Numbered from the stretch's first letter, positions 39,916-50,624 are shown. The stretch: DNA of 64,000 nucleotides from Candidatus Latescibacterota bacterium (GCA_965208105.1 OZ242318.1:3840001-3904000), one strand, 5' to 3'. Notes: generated by a model from the sequence alone, not told the origin. Numbers and translations: made by a program.

Positions 39916-41892
39916 TTGGCGAAAGAGAAAGCGTCCTCAAGCGCCGGTAGCCGCCGGCCGCGACCACACCCGGACCCGGCCATCACCTGGCGCGCCCTGC
40001 TCCTCGGAGCCGCCACCATCGCGGCGACCACATTCTACGTGGTGGAGATCGCCCGCAAGCAGGGATCGGGAAGCTACATCCACTCCCAGTATCCCATGGC
40101 GGCCTTCCTGCCCTTCGTGGTGTGGATCCTCCTCAACGTGTTCCTCAAGGTGGTCTGGCCGCGCCTTGCCCTGCGCCGCGGCGAGCTTCTGACCCTGTTT
40201 TCCATGACCTGGATCGCCGCCGTGATTCCCGACTGGATCTGGCGCTGGTCCGGCACCATGACCACCCCCATTCACTACGCCAGCGCGGAGAATCGCTGGG
40301 CCGAGACCTTCTTCGACTTCCTTCCCTGGCAGATATTCCCCGAAACCAGCCACCGGGTCGTCGACACCTACTTCTACGGTCTTCCCCAGGGCATGTCCAT
40401 CCCCTGGGACGCGTGGCTGCCGCAGATCTTCAACTGGCTCGGCATCTCCTCCGCGGTGCTGATGTTCTGCTTCTGCCTGGTGGTCCTGCTGCAGAAGCAG
40501 TGGCAACAGGCGGAGAAGCTCGCCTTTCCCCTGGCCCAGCTCCCGATGGATCTGACCCGGGGAGGGGAGGGGCGCCTCCCCGCCCTGTTCTCGTCCAGGC
40601 TGTTCTGGCTCGGTTGCGCCGTTCCCTTCCTGCCCCAGCTCTACAACATCATCACCTACTTCACTCCCGGGCTGCCGGTCTTCGACCTGGTCCGCACCTG
40701 GACCTACTACTGGTTCGCAGACGGCCTCGTGCTGGTGTCGGTGCGGGTCATGCCGCTGATGCTCATGGTGGTCTACCTGTGCCCGGTGGACATCCTCGGC
40801 AGCATGCTGTTCTTCCACCTCGCCGCCACGGTGAAGACCTACCTGATGGGACGCTTCGGCACGCCGAGCTTCGGCCTGGTGGGCTACAGCGGGGAGCATC
40901 GCTTCAGCGAGGCCCAGATGGTGCTCAACACCGAAAGCCACGGCGCCATGGTGTTCCTCGCCCTGTGGTCGCTGTGGATCGCCCGGGGCTACCTGCGCCG
41001 GGTCTGGCGGCAGGTGCGCGACGGCGGCGGCGATCCCGGCGAGACGCGGCTCTATCGCTTCGCCGTCGCCGGCCTGCTGGTCTCCGGGATCTATGCGGTC
41101 TCCTGGGCCATGAGCATCGGGGTGAGCCTGCCCCTGGCCCTGGCGACCCTGGCGCTGACCACCATCTCCTACCTGATCACCGTCAAGCTGGTGGCCGCCA
41201 GCGGCTGCGCCTACATCTTTCCCAACCGCCCCTTTCTCAAGGGAGAGACCTTCGTGCTGGAGCTGGTGGGCTCGGTCTACGTGGCGCCGCGGCGCCTGGT
41301 GCCCTACAAGATGTTCACCAGCTACGGCCTGCTGGGCCGCTTCATCATCCCCCTGCTGCCGGCCATTCCGCACCATCTGCGCATCTTTTCCATCAGGCGG
41401 CAGCAGGGCCGGGTGCTGGCGGCGGTCCTGGCGGCCTTCCTGGTGGGTTTCGCCGTGGCCGTATGGACCACCCTGAACCTGGCCTACAGCGAAGGCCGCG
41501 ACGTGGGCGACCGCTGGAGTTTCTTCAACGGGATCGCCTACCTGGTGAACAACCCCATCGAGCCCAACGTGGGCAAATGGGTCCTGTGGTGGACCGGCTT
41601 TGCCGAGGGGGCCGCCATCACATTCCTGCGGGCGCGCTTCCAGTGGTTTCCCATCCATCCCATCGGCCTCGTGTTCCAGTTCACCCACGCGACCTTCCAC
41701 TACTGGCTCAACTTCTTCATCGTCTTCGTGGTCAAGCTGACCTTGCTGCGCTTCGGAGGGATCAAGGCCTACAGAGCCGGCAAGCCCTTCTTCTACGGCC
41801 TCGGAATCGGCTATACGATTGGAGTATTGCTCTCCACGGCGGTGGACGCCGTCTGGTTCCCCATGGCCGGCCACCACGTGCACGGCTGGTAG
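39916..41892 (+). CDS. Multi-pass membrane protein (DUF6785/DUF6784-like, putative transporter)
   Basis: Many TM helices; ITWRALLLG, W---EKL-FPLAQLP, WFPIHPIG, K--LLRFGG--AY...PFFYGL. Confidence 0.72.
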   Translation: MAKEKASSSAGSRRPRPHPDPAITWRALLLGAATIAATTFYVVEIARKQGSGSYIHSQYPMAAFLPFVVWILLNVFLKVVWPRLALRRGELLTLFSMTWIAAVIPDWIWRWSGTMTTPIHYASAENRWAETFFDFLPWQIFPETSHRVVDTYFYGLPQGMSIPWDAWLPQIFNWLGISSAVLMFCFCLVVLLQKQWQQAEKLAFPLAQLPMDLTRGGEGRLPALFSSRLFWLGCAVPFLPQLYNIITYFTPGLPVFDLVRTWTYYWFADGLVLVSVRVMPLMLMVVYLCPVDILGSMLFFHLAATVKTYLMGRFGTPSFGLVGYSGEHRFSEAQMVLNTESHGAMVFLALWSLWIARGYLRRVWRQVRDGGGDPGETRLYRFAVAGLLVSGIYAVSWAMSIGVSLPLALATLALTTISYLITVKLVAASGCAYIFPNRPFLKGETFVLELVGSVYVAPRRLVPYKMFTSYGLLGRFIIPLLPAIPHHLRIFSIRRQQGRVLAAVLAAFLVGFAVAVWTTLNLAYSEGRDVGDRWSFFNGIAYLVNNPIEPNVGKWVLWWTGFAEGAAITFLRARFQWFPIHPIGLVFQFTHATFHYWLNFFIVFVVKLTLLRFGGIKAYRAGKPFFYGLGIGYTIGVLLSTAVDAVWFPMAGHHVHGW

Positions 41893-41903
41893 GAGGGGGA
41901 AGG

Positions 41904-42791
41904 TCAGATCTTCTGGCGCGGGTCGAGGGCGTCGCGCAGCGCGTCCCCGATGAAGTTGATGCACAGCACCGCAAGGGTGATGGCCAACCCCGGCGGCACC
42001 CAGGTCCACCAGTGGTTGCGCAGCGCCGCCAGGTTCTGCGCCGCCGCCAGCATGTTGCCCCACGACGGGGTGGGGACCTGGACCCCGACTCCCAGGAAGC
42101 TCAGGCCGGCCTCGGTGAGAATCATGCCGGCGATGCCGAGGGTGGCGCCGACGATGACCGGCGCCATCGCATTGGGCAGCAGGTGCCGGAAGGCCAGGGT
42201 GGCCCAGCCCGCCCCCAGGGAGCGGGCGGCGACGACGAACTCCTGCTCGCGCAGGGAGAGCAGCTGGTTGCGCACGATGCGGAAGATCCCGGTCCACTGG
42301 ATGAAGCCGAGCACCGCCATCACCGTGATCAGGTTGGGCCCCAGGATGCTCACCAGGGTCAAAATGATGATGAAACCGGGAAAGCTCATCACGATCTCCG
42401 AGAACTTGAGCAGGGAGGAGTCCACTTTGCCGCCGAGAAAACCGGAGATGGTGCCCAGGATGACCCCGATGGCGACGGCTATGGAGATGCCCACCACCCC
42501 CACCGCGAGCGACACCCGGCCTCCGTAGAGGACGCGGGCGAAGACGTCCCTGCCCAGGTGGTCGGTGCCCAACCAGTGGGTGCTGCTCGGCGGCGCGTTG
42601 CGGTACTGCAGGCGGATGGCGTTGGGATCGTGCTGCGAGATCAGTGGTGCGGCGATCACGCTGAGCACCAGGCAGGTGAAGACCAGGACGGCTGCGGTGC
42701 CCAGCCGGTGCCGCAGCAGGCGGTTCACGAAGCGGCTGCGCTTCGGCTCGGCTGCCGGATCCATTTCGGGAGCCAGTGTCGGGGCGCTCAT
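41904..42791 (-). CDS. Peptide/nickel ABC transporter permease (DppC/OppC-like)
   Basis: HWLGTD-LGRD, EFV-AARSLGA, HLLPN, EAGLSFLG, GDALRDALDP. Confidence 0.93.
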   Translation of the reverse strand: MSAPTLAPEMDPAAEPKRSRFVNRLLRHRLGTAAVLVFTCLVLSVIAAPLISQHDPNAIRLQYRNAPPSSTHWLGTDHLGRDVFARVLYGGRVSLAVGVVGISIAVAIGVILGTISGFLGGKVDSSLLKFSEIVMSFPGFIIILTLVSILGPNLITVMAVLGFIQWTGIFRIVRNQLLSLREQEFVVAARSLGAGWATLAFRHLLPNAMAPVIVGATLGIAGMILTEAGLSFLGVGVQVPTPSWGNMLAAAQNLAALRNHWWTWVPPGLAITLAVLCINFIGDALRDALDPRQKI

Positions 42792-43777
42792 CGGGCCACC
42801 TCCCCTCGATCGTGCAGCCGCACCCTGGGGTCGGCCGCGGCGGTCAGGATGTCCACCAGAATGCTGGCCGCCAGCACCGCCGCCGCGGAGAACAGGGTGA
42901 CCGCCATGATGATGGGGTAGTCCCTGCCGCGCACCGCGCCGATGTAGAAGGCCCCCATGCCGGGCCAGTTGAAAACGGTCTCGATGACGACGGAACCGCC
43001 GATGAGGATGGGCAGGCGCAGGCCGAGGATCACGATGATGGGAATGAGGGCGTTGCGGAAGGCGTGCACGAAGACCACCCTCCAGCCCGGCAGGCCCTTG
43101 CTGCGGGCCGTGGTCATGTAGTCGCTGCGCAGCACCTCGAGAAGGCTCGAGCGGGTGTAGCGCATGAGGGCGGCTGTGAGGTCGAGCCCCAGGATCAGGG
43201 CTGGAAGAACGAGATGGTGCAGCCGGGAGGCGAAGTCCGTGGCCCCCGGGGAGACCCGTCCGCCCAGGGGGAACAGGCCCAGGTGCACGCTCAGCACGAA
43301 GAGCGCCAGGAGCCCCACGTAGAAGGTCGGCGTGGAGATTCCCAGCATGCCCGCCACCGTGAGCACGTGGTCTACCGCGCTGTAGCGCCGCAGCGCCGAG
43401 ACCACCCCCAGGCCTATTCCCAGCACCGTGGAGAGCAGGAAGGCCACGGTCATCAGCTCGAGGGTGGGGCCCAGGCGTAGGGCGAAGAGGTTGCCCACCG
43501 GGCGGCCGGTGGACAGGCTCACTCCCAGGTCGCCGCGCAGCAGATTGCCGAGCCAGTGGAGGTAGCGCAGGGGGGCGGGGCGGTCCAGCCCCAGCTCGCG
43601 CCGGAGCTTGTCCAGCTCTTCCTGGGAGTAGGCCACCTCGGCCTCCTGGACCCGTCCGGCGAGGATGGCCGTGGCCGCGTCCCCGGGGGCCAGCTCGATG
43701 AAGATGAAGACGATGATGGTGATCCCGAGCAGGGTCGGGACCATGGACAGCGTCCGGCGTGCAAGGAACTCGGTCAT
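42788..43777 (-). CDS. Peptide/nickel ABC transporter permease (DppB/OppB-like)
   Basis: LGLDRP, GDLG-S, DY-TTARSKGL, HAFRNALIP, ETVFNWPG-G, RDYP; start at ATG 43777. Confidence 0.93.
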   Translation of the reverse strand: MTEFLARRTLSMVPTLLGITIIVFIFIELAPGDAATAILAGRVQEAEVAYSQEELDKLRRELGLDRPAPLRYLHWLGNLLRGDLGVSLSTGRPVGNLFALRLGPTLELMTVAFLLSTVLGIGLGVVSALRRYSAVDHVLTVAGMLGISTPTFYVGLLALFVLSVHLGLFPLGGRVSPGATDFASRLHHLVLPALILGLDLTAALMRYTRSSLLEVLRSDYMTTARSKGLPGWRVVFVHAFRNALIPIIVILGLRLPILIGGSVVIETVFNWPGMGAFYIGAVRGRDYPIIMAVTLFSAAAVLAASILVDILTAAADPRVRLHDRGEVAR

Positions 43778-43793
43778 GGCCAGGTGTGACCTT

Positions 43794-45455
43794 TCATCTC
43801 GAAGTCGCCTCCGGCGGCCCTTGTTCCACCACATCCCAGAGGTGCCACCAGGTGCCGATGGGAAAGTGGAGGTTGGCAACCCTGGGCACGATCTTCAGCC
43901 GCTTGCTCTTGGCCCTCAGAACCATGGTGTTGAGTATGGGAAAAAATGCCGCGTCCTCCCAGACCTGCTTCTGCATCTCGTCGTAGAGGAGGCGCAGTTG
44001 GGCGCGGTCGAACGTGGTGTCGATCCGCGCCGCGATGGCGTCCACCTCGGGGTTGGAGTAGCCGAACGCCGCCGGAGTCGGGCTGTCGCTGCGGAAGCGC
44101 AGCATGGACACGGGAACGACGCCGGCCCAGCCGCCCATGTAGAAGTCGAACTCGCCCTTGAGCAGGATATCGGTGGTGACCGCCGCCTCCACCGGCACTA
44201 CCTTGGCTTCGACCCCCACTTCCTTCCAGTAGCCCTGGACGATGGTGGCAATATCGAGGCGGATTCCGGCCATGTCGATATCGCGCATGAATATCTCCAG
44301 CTCGGTGCCCGGGTCCCATCCCGCCGCGCCCAGAAGCTGCCGCGCCTTTTGCGGGTCGTAGGGGACAGGTGCCAGGTCGTTGCGGCGCCAGGTCACCGCG
44401 GGCATGACCGCGTCGGGCACCTCCACCTCGCCGTAGGCTCCGAACATGGTCTCGGCGATGGTGAGGCGGTCGATGGCGTGCAGAAGGGCGCGGCGCACGC
44501 GGACATCGCGCAGGGCCGGCGCCGAGACATTCACCGTCAGGGAGGTGATATGGCTGGTGGGGAGGGCGTGAATCTCCATGTGCGGCATGCGGGCGATCTC
44601 CGCGGCGGCGCTGGGAGTGGCGGCGCCCAGGTCCAGCTCGCCGTTGCTGGCGGCAAGGGCCGTCTCCTTGGCGTGGATGATCACCTCGCCGATTTTGGGC
44701 GCTCCCATGTGGTAGTCCTCGTAGGGGGTCAGGCGGACGAACTGGAAGGGGACGGTCTCGGCGAGTCTGAACGGCCCCGTGCCCAGGGCGCCGGGATCGC
44801 GCCAGAGGGCGTGTCCCTCGACCTTGCTGCTCTCGCCCACCACCTCGAGCTGGTGGCGGGGAAGAATGGAGGTGAGGGCGATGTTATAGAGAAAGAAAGG
44901 CACCGGCCGCGCCAGGCTGAAGCGGATGGTGTGGTCGTCGATGACCTGGATGCCGGCGATGTCCTCCGCCCTCCCGGCGCGGTACTCCTCCAGTCCCTCG
45001 AGGGTCATGAGCTGGCTGGTGAAAGCCGGACTGTTGAGGTAGGGGTCGAGAATGAAGAGGAAGGTGGTCTCCACGTCCCGCGCCGTGAATGGAAGGCCAT
45101 CGTGCCAGCGCACGTCGTCGCGCAGATGGAAGGTGTAGCTCAGCTCGTCGGGGGACACCTCCCAGCTCCGGGCAAGGTTGGGATGCTCCGCCTCGTATTG
45201 CTGGTTGTTTTCGACCAGGCGGTCGTAGATGAACCACCACTGGGGCCAATGCCCGTCGTTGCGATGGGACCAGGGCGGCGGCGTCCACACCTCGTTGAGC
45301 AGGGCCGCCTGCACGTGGATGGTCTTCCGCGCCTGTCCGGAGGTGGCGGCCGGCCCTCCATCTTCACCGGAGCAGGCGGCCAGCGCGGCGCAGAGGAGCA
45401 ATCCCGGCGCCCATGCCATCACCCTTGATTTACCCTTTCCCTTATCCTTTTTCAC
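43794..45455 (-). CDS. ABC transporter substrate-binding lipoprotein, family 5
   Basis: Lipobox LAAC; PNLA-SWE, F-LR-DVRWHDG-PFTA-DV, GTGPF, D-RVRRAL. Confidence 0.9.
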   Translation of the reverse strand: MKKDKGKGKSRVMAWAPGLLLCAALAACSGEDGGPAATSGQARKTIHVQAALLNEVWTPPPWSHRNDGHWPQWWFIYDRLVENNQQYEAEHPNLARSWEVSPDELSYTFHLRDDVRWHDGLPFTARDVETTFLFILDPYLNSPAFTSQLMTLEGLEEYRAGRAEDIAGIQVIDDHTIRFSLARPVPFFLYNIALTSILPRHQLEVVGESSKVEGHALWRDPGALGTGPFRLAETVPFQFVRLTPYEDYHMGAPKIGEVIIHAKETALAASNGELDLGAATPSAAAEIARMPHMEIHALPTSHITSLTVNVSAPALRDVRVRRALLHAIDRLTIAETMFGAYGEVEVPDAVMPAVTWRRNDLAPVPYDPQKARQLLGAAGWDPGTELEIFMRDIDMAGIRLDIATIVQGYWKEVGVEAKVVPVEAAVTTDILLKGEFDFYMGGWAGVVPVSMLRFRSDSPTPAAFGYSNPEVDAIAARIDTTFDRAQLRLLYDEMQKQVWEDAAFFPILNTMVLRAKSKRLKIVPRVANLHFPIGTWWHLWDVVEQGPPEATSR

Positions 45456-45528
45456 TGCAAATGTTTCCTCTCCGCCGCCGATTCGGTCCTGTCTCCGGAT
45501 GGCCGGGTTCCCCTGCTGCCGCAGCGAA

Positions 45529-47190
45529 CTATTCGACGATTTCCCACTGATGCCACCAGGTGCCGATGGGAAGGTTGTTGTTGATGGTCAGCGGCCCGAT
45601 GCGCAGCCTCCTGCTCTTGGCCACCAGCACCGTGGGGTTGACGATGGGCATGGTGGCCACGTCTTCCCAGATATATTCCTGCAGCTGATGGTAGAGCGGG
45701 CGCAATTGCCCGTGATCGAAGGTGTCGCCGATTTTGTTCACGATCTCGTCCACCCCGGGGTTGGAGTATCCGAAGGCCGCCGGCGAGGGGCTGCCGCTGC
45801 GAAAGCGCAAAAGATCGAAGGGCAGGAGGGCGGCGGCTCCACCCACGTAGAAGTCGTATTCTCCCTTGACCATGCGCTCGACGATGATGGCCGCTTCCAC
45901 CGGTTCGATCTCGGTTTCCACCCCAAGCTCCTTCCAGTAGCCCTGCACGATGGTCGCCACGTCGAGGCGGATGCCGGCCATGTCGATGTCCCGGATGAGG
46001 AGCTTCAACGAGGTCCGGGGGTCCCATCCCGCCGCGCGCAGGAGGGTCCGCGCCTTCTCGGGGTCGTAGTCTACCGGTGGGAGGCCCGGGTGCTGCCAGC
46101 CGTAGTCGGGCATGACCCCGTTGGGCACCTTCACCTCGCCGTAGGCGCCGAACAGGGACTCGGCGATGGTCTTGCGGTCGATGGCGTGCAGCAGGGCGCG
46201 GCGCACGCGCACGTCGCGCAGCGCGGGGGCGGCCACGTTCACCGTCAGCGAGGTGCGGTTGATGCCGGGCCGGGCGAGTATCTCCATGTGCGCCATGCGG
46301 GCGATCTCCTCGGCGGCGCTGGGGGTGGCGTCGCCCAGGTCCAGTTCGCCGTTGCCGGCGGCCAGGGCGGATTCCTTGGCGTGGATGATCACCGCGTCGA
46401 TCCTGGGTTTTCCCAGGTGATAGTCATCGTAGGCCTCCAGGCGCACGAACTGGAAAGGGACGGTCTCGACGAGCCTGAAGGGTCCGGTGCCGATGGCTCC
46501 GGGGTCGCGCCAGACGCGGTGGCCTTCGACTTTGCTGCTCTCGCCGACCATCTCCAACTGGTGCCGCGGCAGCATGGAGACCCGGCCCATGTTGCTCAAA
46601 AAGAAGGCCACCGGCTTCTTCAGATCGAAGCGGATGGTGTGGTCGTCGACGACCTGGATTCCGGCGATGTGTTTCGCCTCCCCGGCGCGATACTCCTCGA
46701 GGCCTTCGAGGGTCAGGAACTGGCTGAATTGGGGGGAATCGGTGAGATAGCCGTCCAGGATGAAGAGGAAGGTGGCCTCCACGTCCCGCGCCGTGAAGGG
46801 ACTGCCGTCGTGCCAGCGCACGTCGTCGCGCAGGTAGAACGTGTAGCGCCGCCCGTCCGCCGACGCTTCCCAGCTGCGGGCGAGGTTGGGAAACTCGGCC
46901 TCGTGCCTCTCGTTGTTCTCGATCAGGCGGTCGTAGATGAACCACCACTGGGGCCAGTGTCCGTCGTTGCGGTGAGACCAGGGCGGCGGGGTCCACACCT
47001 CGTTGAGCAGGGAAGCGCGCACGTGAATCGTCTTCTGCTCGCCAATCGGAGCGGAAGCCATCTCGTTCTTGTTCTCAGCGCAAGCCCCGAGGACGAGGCA
47101 GAGCAACGCGAGCCCGGCCGCGCAGGCCCAGCTCGACCACGGTCCGGCACCAAGGCTTCCTTGATTTCGCTCGATCAGCATATTCTCCAT
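45529..47190 (-). CDS. ABC transporter substrate-binding lipoprotein, family 5 (paralogue)
   Basis: Lipobox LGAC; same motifs; start uncertain (47190 or 47181). Confidence 0.9.
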   Translation of the reverse strand: MENMLIERNQGSLGAGPWSSWACAAGLALLCLVLGACAENKNEMASAPIGEQKTIHVRASLLNEVWTPPPWSHRNDGHWPQWWFIYDRLIENNERHEAEFPNLARSWEASADGRRYTFYLRDDVRWHDGSPFTARDVEATFLFILDGYLTDSPQFSQFLTLEGLEEYRAGEAKHIAGIQVVDDHTIRFDLKKPVAFFLSNMGRVSMLPRHQLEMVGESSKVEGHRVWRDPGAIGTGPFRLVETVPFQFVRLEAYDDYHLGKPRIDAVIIHAKESALAAGNGELDLGDATPSAAEEIARMAHMEILARPGINRTSLTVNVAAPALRDVRVRRALLHAIDRKTIAESLFGAYGEVKVPNGVMPDYGWQHPGLPPVDYDPEKARTLLRAAGWDPRTSLKLLIRDIDMAGIRLDVATIVQGYWKELGVETEIEPVEAAIIVERMVKGEYDFYVGGAAALLPFDLLRFRSGSPSPAAFGYSNPGVDEIVNKIGDTFDHGQLRPLYHQLQEYIWEDVATMPIVNPTVLVAKSRRLRIGPLTINNNLPIGTWWHQWEIVE

Positions 47191-47333
47191 CTGCAAGGCC
47201 AGGGCTCCTCCTTGCCGGTGCACCATTGCTTCGCGGAGATCCATTCGACCGCGTCGAACCCGTCTGGTCCCTCCCAGGCATTCACCGGTCTCCCTGTATA
47301 TGCCCCGGAGGGGCTGAGATGCCGCGGACCGGA

Positions 47334-49043
47334 TCATCGCGGTATCACCGGAAGGATCAGGCAGGATGGGCGCATGGCATCGTGGTAGACGGTCTGGTGG
47401 GCGACCCGGATCTCACTGTCGGTGGCGATGGGGTTGCCGCTGTTCAGGTTGCGGTTGTAGCGCGGAAAGTTGGAGCTGGATATCTCCAGGCGGAGGCGGT
47501 GGCCGGCGCCGAAGAGGTTGGAGGTATCCCACATGTCGATGCGGAAGGGGCAGACCTCGCCCGGACTCATCATCTGCGGGGTCGCGGTGCCGTTCCTGAA
47601 GCGGGCGCGCGCGATGCCCTCGCACAGGATGATCGCGGCGCCGTCGGGATTCACGTCCACCAGGGCGGCGGTGAAGTCGGTGTCGACCGCCGAGGAGGAG
47701 GCGAAGATCAGGGCTGAGACAGGGCCGGTCACCTCGAGGCCGCTGGGCAGCGGCTCGGTGGTGAAGGTCAGAACGTCGGGCCTCCGCTCGATCTCGCGGC
47801 GGTCGCGGGGGCCGCACAGATCGCAGCTCTGGTACTGGGCGCCCCATGACGGCACCGGATCGTTGGGGTCGTAGAGAAACCGGTGCGGCGGCTGGTCCCC
47901 GGACGGGGCCTCGACGGAGAGGCGGCCGTCATTTCCTCCCTCTCCACCCTCGTCGTGCAGGTAGAACCTGGTCCACTCGGTGCGCTTCAGGGGCCATTCG
48001 TTCTCGAAGCGCCACTGGTTCTCCCCCATGACGAAGAGCTCGATGGGGGGGTCGCCGTCTATCCCCGTGTCGATGCCCCTGAGCCGCTGGTCGTACCAGC
48101 GCGTGTGCAGGTCGACGATGTCGCGGACCGCGGAGATTCCGAAGGTGCGCTCCTGGTACTCGCCGTTGGCCCCGAGGGGAATCCGGCCCCAGGGAGCGAC
48201 CTGGTGGCTCCAGGGGCCGACCATCAGCTTGGTGCGCTTGCGGGCGGCTTCCGTCCGCGCGTTCCTGCTCCAGCCGTTGAACAGCTTGAAGTTTTCGTGC
48301 AGCAGCGAGTCGTACCAGCCGGTGATGAAGAGGGCGGGGACTTCCACCTCGCCGTAGCGATGGCGCAGGCTGTAGCGGCTCCACCACTCGTCGTAGTCCT
48401 CGTGGTCGAGCACGCCCTTGTAGTAAGGATGGGTCGAGGTCACCACCTCGAAGGCGTCGGCGATGGGCAGGTGCTTGAACAGTTCGTGCTGGTCGAACTG
48501 CTGCATGGAGGGGAACTGCATCGAGCGGCCGACCATGTTGATGAAGGTCAGGCTGACCGCTAGATGGATTACCCCGTCGATGCGGTGGTGGCCGTAGTTG
48601 TCCTGCTGCGAGGCGATGGGAGCCACGGCTTTGAGATAGGGCGAGCGCAGGGTCGCGGGGAGGGACTGGGTGAAGCCCGGGTAGGACAGCCCGAAGGTCC
48701 CCACGTTGCCGTCGCACCAGGGCTGGCGCCCGACCCATTCGTGGGTGTCGTAGCCGTCGTGGAGCTCGCAGATGTAGGGGTCCCAGGCGCCGTCGGAGTC
48801 GCCGCGCCCGCGGCAGTCCTGCATGACGGCGGCGTAGCCGGAGTCGTTGAATCCCCTGGCCCAGGCGATGTAGCGCCCTTCCTGGTTGTCGTAGATCGTG
48901 CGCAGCAGCAGGGCCGGCCAGGGTCCCTCTCCCGCGGGAGGCAGCCAGATGTCGGCCGAGAGCTCGACGCCGTCCCGCATGGGCACTTTCCGGTCGAGCA
49001 GCAGTCTGCCCGGGGCCACCAGGGGGCGATCGCGGTCGCTCAC
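47334..49043 (-). CDS. CocE/NonD family serine hydrolase
   Basis: VPMRDG--L-AD, QDCRGRGDS-G, GLSYPG, GWYD, GPWSH, ISSSNFPRY-RN-N. Confidence 0.93.
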   Translation of the reverse strand: MSDRDRPLVAPGRLLLDRKVPMRDGVELSADIWLPPAGEGPWPALLLRTIYDNQEGRYIAWARGFNDSGYAAVMQDCRGRGDSDGAWDPYICELHDGYDTHEWVGRQPWCDGNVGTFGLSYPGFTQSLPATLRSPYLKAVAPIASQQDNYGHHRIDGVIHLAVSLTFINMVGRSMQFPSMQQFDQHELFKHLPIADAFEVVTSTHPYYKGVLDHEDYDEWWSRYSLRHRYGEVEVPALFITGWYDSLLHENFKLFNGWSRNARTEAARKRTKLMVGPWSHQVAPWGRIPLGANGEYQERTFGISAVRDIVDLHTRWYDQRLRGIDTGIDGDPPIELFVMGENQWRFENEWPLKRTEWTRFYLHDEGGEGGNDGRLSVEAPSGDQPPHRFLYDPNDPVPSWGAQYQSCDLCGPRDRREIERRPDVLTFTTEPLPSGLEVTGPVSALIFASSSAVDTDFTAALVDVNPDGAAIILCEGIARARFRNGTATPQMMSPGEVCPFRIDMWDTSNLFGAGHRLRLEISSSNFPRYNRNLNSGNPIATDSEIRVAHQTVYHDAMRPSCLILPVIPR

Positions 49044-49460
49044 AGGCTCGGTCCGGTCATTCGCCGCCTCCGCGGCCTGGGTCCGGCTCCTGGAGGAAGA
49101 AAGGCTCCGGTGCCGCGCACTCCGGATTGGTAGGGGGGTTATTGGAAAGGATTCTGTTTATCGTCAATGGTTTGGGTATGGTTGGCGAAAGTATCAGGTA
49201 TTTCCAGGCAGGGACAAAGATAACCGATGGCCCGGGTTCGTGCCATCATGGCAGGGGGAGGGAAGGTGGATGTTGCTATCGCGGTCTGAGGACCGACAGA
49301 CGATTTTCAGGAAGTTCGACCCGGCGGCTGGGTGCGTTCCGGACTTCGACTGTTAAAAGTTCCATAAATAAATTAAATTCAATCAGTTAAATATTGTATT
49401 ATATGATTCCGGCAAGATTGTCAAGACTATCTCCTTATCTTTAAAGATTGGAGTTAAAAA

Positions 49461-50624
49461 ATGAAAATATTTCTCTTTTTTTGCCTTATTCTACTGATTT
49501 CTTGCCAGAATTCTGAGAAGACAATTGGTCCTCCTGAACCTCAAACTGATCCTCAAATCTTCTGCGATCTCCCTTTTCTATCTTATGATGCGCCTCCTCA
49601 TTCAGGAGGAGTTTCCTATTCATATGATGGCTCATTGCTAGCCATAAGAAGTAGAAGAGGGGTATGGGTGTTTGATGCACTCAGTGGAGAAGGCAATATG
49701 GTCATCCCACATCCAGATATTCACACAATTGCTTTTTCGCCCTCTGATTTTCATCTGGCCGTGGGAGACGGGCAAGGAAATGTATCTGTTGTTAATGCGA
49801 AAAGCGGGGAAAATATATTTTCTTCTTCCGGGCACGCGGGGGCCATATCCTCATTATCCTTCAGTCCTTTTGACAACATATATCTTGCCAGTGGAGGCAT
49901 GGATGGTACAATCAGGTTTTGGAACAAATCAGGTAATTCCAGTGGGGTGATTGAGGCCTATACCTGGAGCGTAAGAGACATATTCTTCCAGTATGGATAT
50001 TTGGGAATATCCTATAGCCCTAATCCAGGAAGATTTGGGACAGAGTTCATGCTCACACTCGGAACCAATATTTATAGAAATCAAGATGACACGTATGATT
50101 ATTACAATTCAGTGGGCGTGTGGGATTTGAAGCTGGAAGAAAGAATTGAAGGTGGGGGATGTTGTGGGCATGAGATCACTGCATTAGCCCATGGAGGAGG
50201 ATATGATTTGGTAATAGGATATTCAGATGGCGAAATTTTGATTGAGCCTTGGAATAGGAATTCAGATCACTGGTCTCACCTAAGAAGCCGGGCAAGTGGA
50301 ATAAATGCACTGGCCATCTCTCCCATCTATGAACATGACTACTACTCTCAATTAATGGCTGGAGGGGGTTTCCGGGGAGGGGTGGAGCTATGGAATTATC
50401 GGGGCGGAAACTCTATAGATTTTTGGAATGAATTTTCTTTTTATGGGATTCCAATCACTGATCTTGAGTTTTCCCCCATCAGCCCCGTCCTGGCCATTAG
50501 AGAATATGGAGTTGACGGCCGGGTAATGCTGTGGGATGTCGAGAAGGAAAAGGTTATTTTTCATTTTACTACGGCTATTCTTCGGTCGGAGACAGATAAG
50601 GTGAAGGGAAGAGAGGGGAGGTAA
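49461..50624 (+). CDS. WD40-repeat lipoprotein (low GC)
   Basis: Lipobox LISC; GH-GAISSLSFSP...LASGGMDGTIRFWN, VELWN, VMLWD; visibly AT-rich. Confidence 0.85.
   Translation: MKIFLFFCLILLISCQNSEKTIGPPEPQTDPQIFCDLPFLSYDAPPHSGGVSYSYDGSLLAIRSRRGVWVFDALSGEGNMVIPHPDIHTIAFSPSDFHLAVGDGQGNVSVVNAKSGENIFSSSGHAGAISSLSFSPFDNIYLASGGMDGTIRFWNKSGNSSGVIEAYTWSVRDIFFQYGYLGISYSPNPGRFGTEFMLTLGTNIYRNQDDTYDYYNSVGVWDLKLEERIEGGGCCGHEITALAHGGGYDLVIGYSDGEILIEPWNRNSDHWSHLRSRASGINALAISPIYEHDYYSQLMAGGGFRGGVELWNYRGGNSIDFWNEFSFYGIPITDLEFSPISPVLAIREYGVDGRVMLWDVEKEKVIFHFTTAILRSETDKVKGREGR

Noticed and set aside
40122-47388. Long + strand ORFs of 932, 587 and 719 aa
   Set aside because: Alternative or antisense frames over well-supported membrane and ABC genes
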